Source: Octopus sinensis (lineage: Eukaryota). From it: 64,000 bases of DNA. Both the position numbers and the translations under genes were made by a program. A model generated the notes under the pieces. The model did no database searches, was not told the DNA's origin, and saw only the letters and a program-made list of their open reading frames with translations. Each line of letters starts with the position of its first letter. Position 1 is the first letter of the stretch. The DNA lies in NCBI RefSeq assembly GCF_006345805.1, contig NW_021836149.1:149022-213021 (forward strand). Direction: 5' to 3'. Shown in pieces: positions 62,441 through 64,000 of this stretch.

Positions 62441-62623
62441 TATATATGTTCTGGAGTAAGCACATAAATGTGAAACAAGGTGGAAAAAGAGTACTCAAAT
62501 ACCAGAGGTAGAGTAATATGCTTTATTTAAAAGCAGCAGAATGGGAATATGAAACTCTGAGTAACAGCTTTTGTTATATTTCTGCTGCTTTTAAATAAAG
62601 TATATATATATATATATATATAT

Positions 62624-63220
62624 TATATTATATTAAATTAGAGATAAAACTACTATTAGGCAAATCAAACAGTGAAAATCATAAACCAATACATAGAAAT
62701 AAAATTAATTAAAAATATATAAATAATATAAAATATAAAATATAAAAATCCAATTAAAATATTTAAATTAAAGTTAAAATTTTAAAAAATTATTTAAATT
62801 AATAATTTAAACTTCATCATCATCATCATCGTTTAACGTCCGCTTTCCATGCTAGCATGGGTTGGACAGTTCAACTGGGGTCTGGCAAGCCCGAAGGCTG
62901 CACCAGGCCAGTCAGATCTGGCAGTGTTTCTACAGCTGGATGCCCTTCCTAACGCCAACCACTCCGAGAGTGTAGTGGGTGATTTTATAAATTATAAATA
63001 TATATATATTTTTATTATTATTTTATTTAATTATTTTTTTATTTATATTTTTTATTTTTTTATATTTATATATTTATTTATTTATTTACTTATTTTTTAT
63101 TATTTTAATTTTTTTTAATCTATCAAAAAGTATTAAAAGTTTAATATAAGATAAAGATAAATAAGATAAATACTTTTTGATAGTTTAAAAAATAAATAAA
63201 TAAATAAAATAATAAAAAAA

Positions 63221-63255
<35 letters not shown>

Positions 63256-63579
63256 AATAATAAAAAAATAAATAAATATAAAAATATAAAAATATAAAAA
63301 TATAAAAATATAAAAATATTAAAAAAAAAAAATATTTTTTAAAAAATAAATAATTAAATAAGATAATAATAAAAATATATATATATTTATAATTTATAAG
63401 TTTAAATTATTAATTTAAATAATTTTTTAAAATTTTAACTTCAATTTAAATATTTTAATTGGATTTTTATATTTTATATTTTATATATATTTTTTAATTA
63501 ATTTTATTTCTATGATTTTATGATTTTCCCTGTTTGATTTGCCTAATAGTGGTTTTATCTCTAATTTAATATAATATAT
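62624..63579. repeat. ~950-bp AT-rich foldback (inverted repeat) with a family A insertion in the left arm
   Basis: TTAGAGATAAAACTACTATTAGGCAAATCAAACAG / CTGTTTGATTTGCCTAATAGTGGTTTTATCTCTAA outer arms; CTATCAAAAAGTATT / AATACTTTTTGATAG inner arms around a 34-nt loop (63135-63168). Confidence 0.92.
62815..62982 (-). mobile_element. Family A RTE 3'-end copy inserted into the foldback
   Basis: CATCATCATCATCGTTTAACGTCCG...GTGTAGTGGGTG; absent from the opposite arm. Confidence 0.92.
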
Positions 63580-63661
63580 ATTTATACTATAAAATTAGAT
63601 TTAATCCTAAATCTAATTTTTCCCTGTAAGTTTGGATTTACTCCCTAATATTATTATTATC

Positions 63662-63697
<36 letters not shown>

Positions 63698-63700
<3 letters not shown>

Positions 63701-64000
63701 GATGGGAAGTCAAAAATTATCTGCACTTTCACCATAACATATCTTCATTATTATCACACTGCCTTCTGCACGTGCATGCTTATAGTTGGTACTATAGTGG
63801 TCATGTGATCGAAGTTAGAGCATAATGGCTCCATTTTTCTTTCTGGCTTTACAGTGTAAGCATGGCCACTCCACTACCAATGTGCACTAAAGAAGAACAA
63901 AGAACAGTGATCTGGTTTCTCTGGTTGGAAGGTGTGTCAGGTACTGAAATTCATTGGAGGCTTTTAGCACAATACGGGGACAGTGCAGTACCATGTAGAA
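63698..64000 (+). mobile_element. mariner element 5' end, running off the window
   Basis: ATG at 63862 gives MATPLPMCTKEEQRTVIWFLWLEGVSGTEIHWRLLAQYGDSAVPCR, the EQR.VI.FL..EG....EIH.RL...YG HTH of mariner transposases. Confidence 0.9.

Overview
This is AT-rich eukaryotic genomic DNA, most likely from an octopus (inferred from the SINE and LINE families and the microsatellite load; not checked against a database). It looks like one large intron or intergenic block. I cannot recognise any host protein-coding gene. Almost all supplied ORFs are translations of microsatellites or of decayed transposons. The window is a mosaic of tRNA-headed SINEs (three main families plus module-shuffled variants), RTE and CR1-like LINE fragments, Penelope-like element (PLE) remnants, Tc1/mariner-superfamily fragments, TTAA-specific piggyBac-type MITEs, non-autonomous Helitron-like elements, foldback elements and long (TA)/(TATG)/(TATC)/(ATC)/(CA) arrays. 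The most striking observation is a 274-bp tandem repeat (60728-61279). Each unit carries a minimal type I hammerhead ribozyme motif with all core nucleotides intact (CUGAUGA...GAAA...GUC) and a palindromic helix III, which is the layout of a retrozyme or PLE terminal repeat able to release a 274-nt RNA that could circularise. Several further hammerhead relics of different sequence sit beside (TA)n tracts. Other notable items are a mariner-like element that captured 233 bp of neighbouring DNA, a MITE nested in its own TTAA site, a dimeric SINE with long target-site duplications, repeated short local duplications, and several long hairpins. Coordinates were counted by eye. Ends of decayed elements are approximate, and all RNA folds and protein similarities are manual and need computational confirmation.
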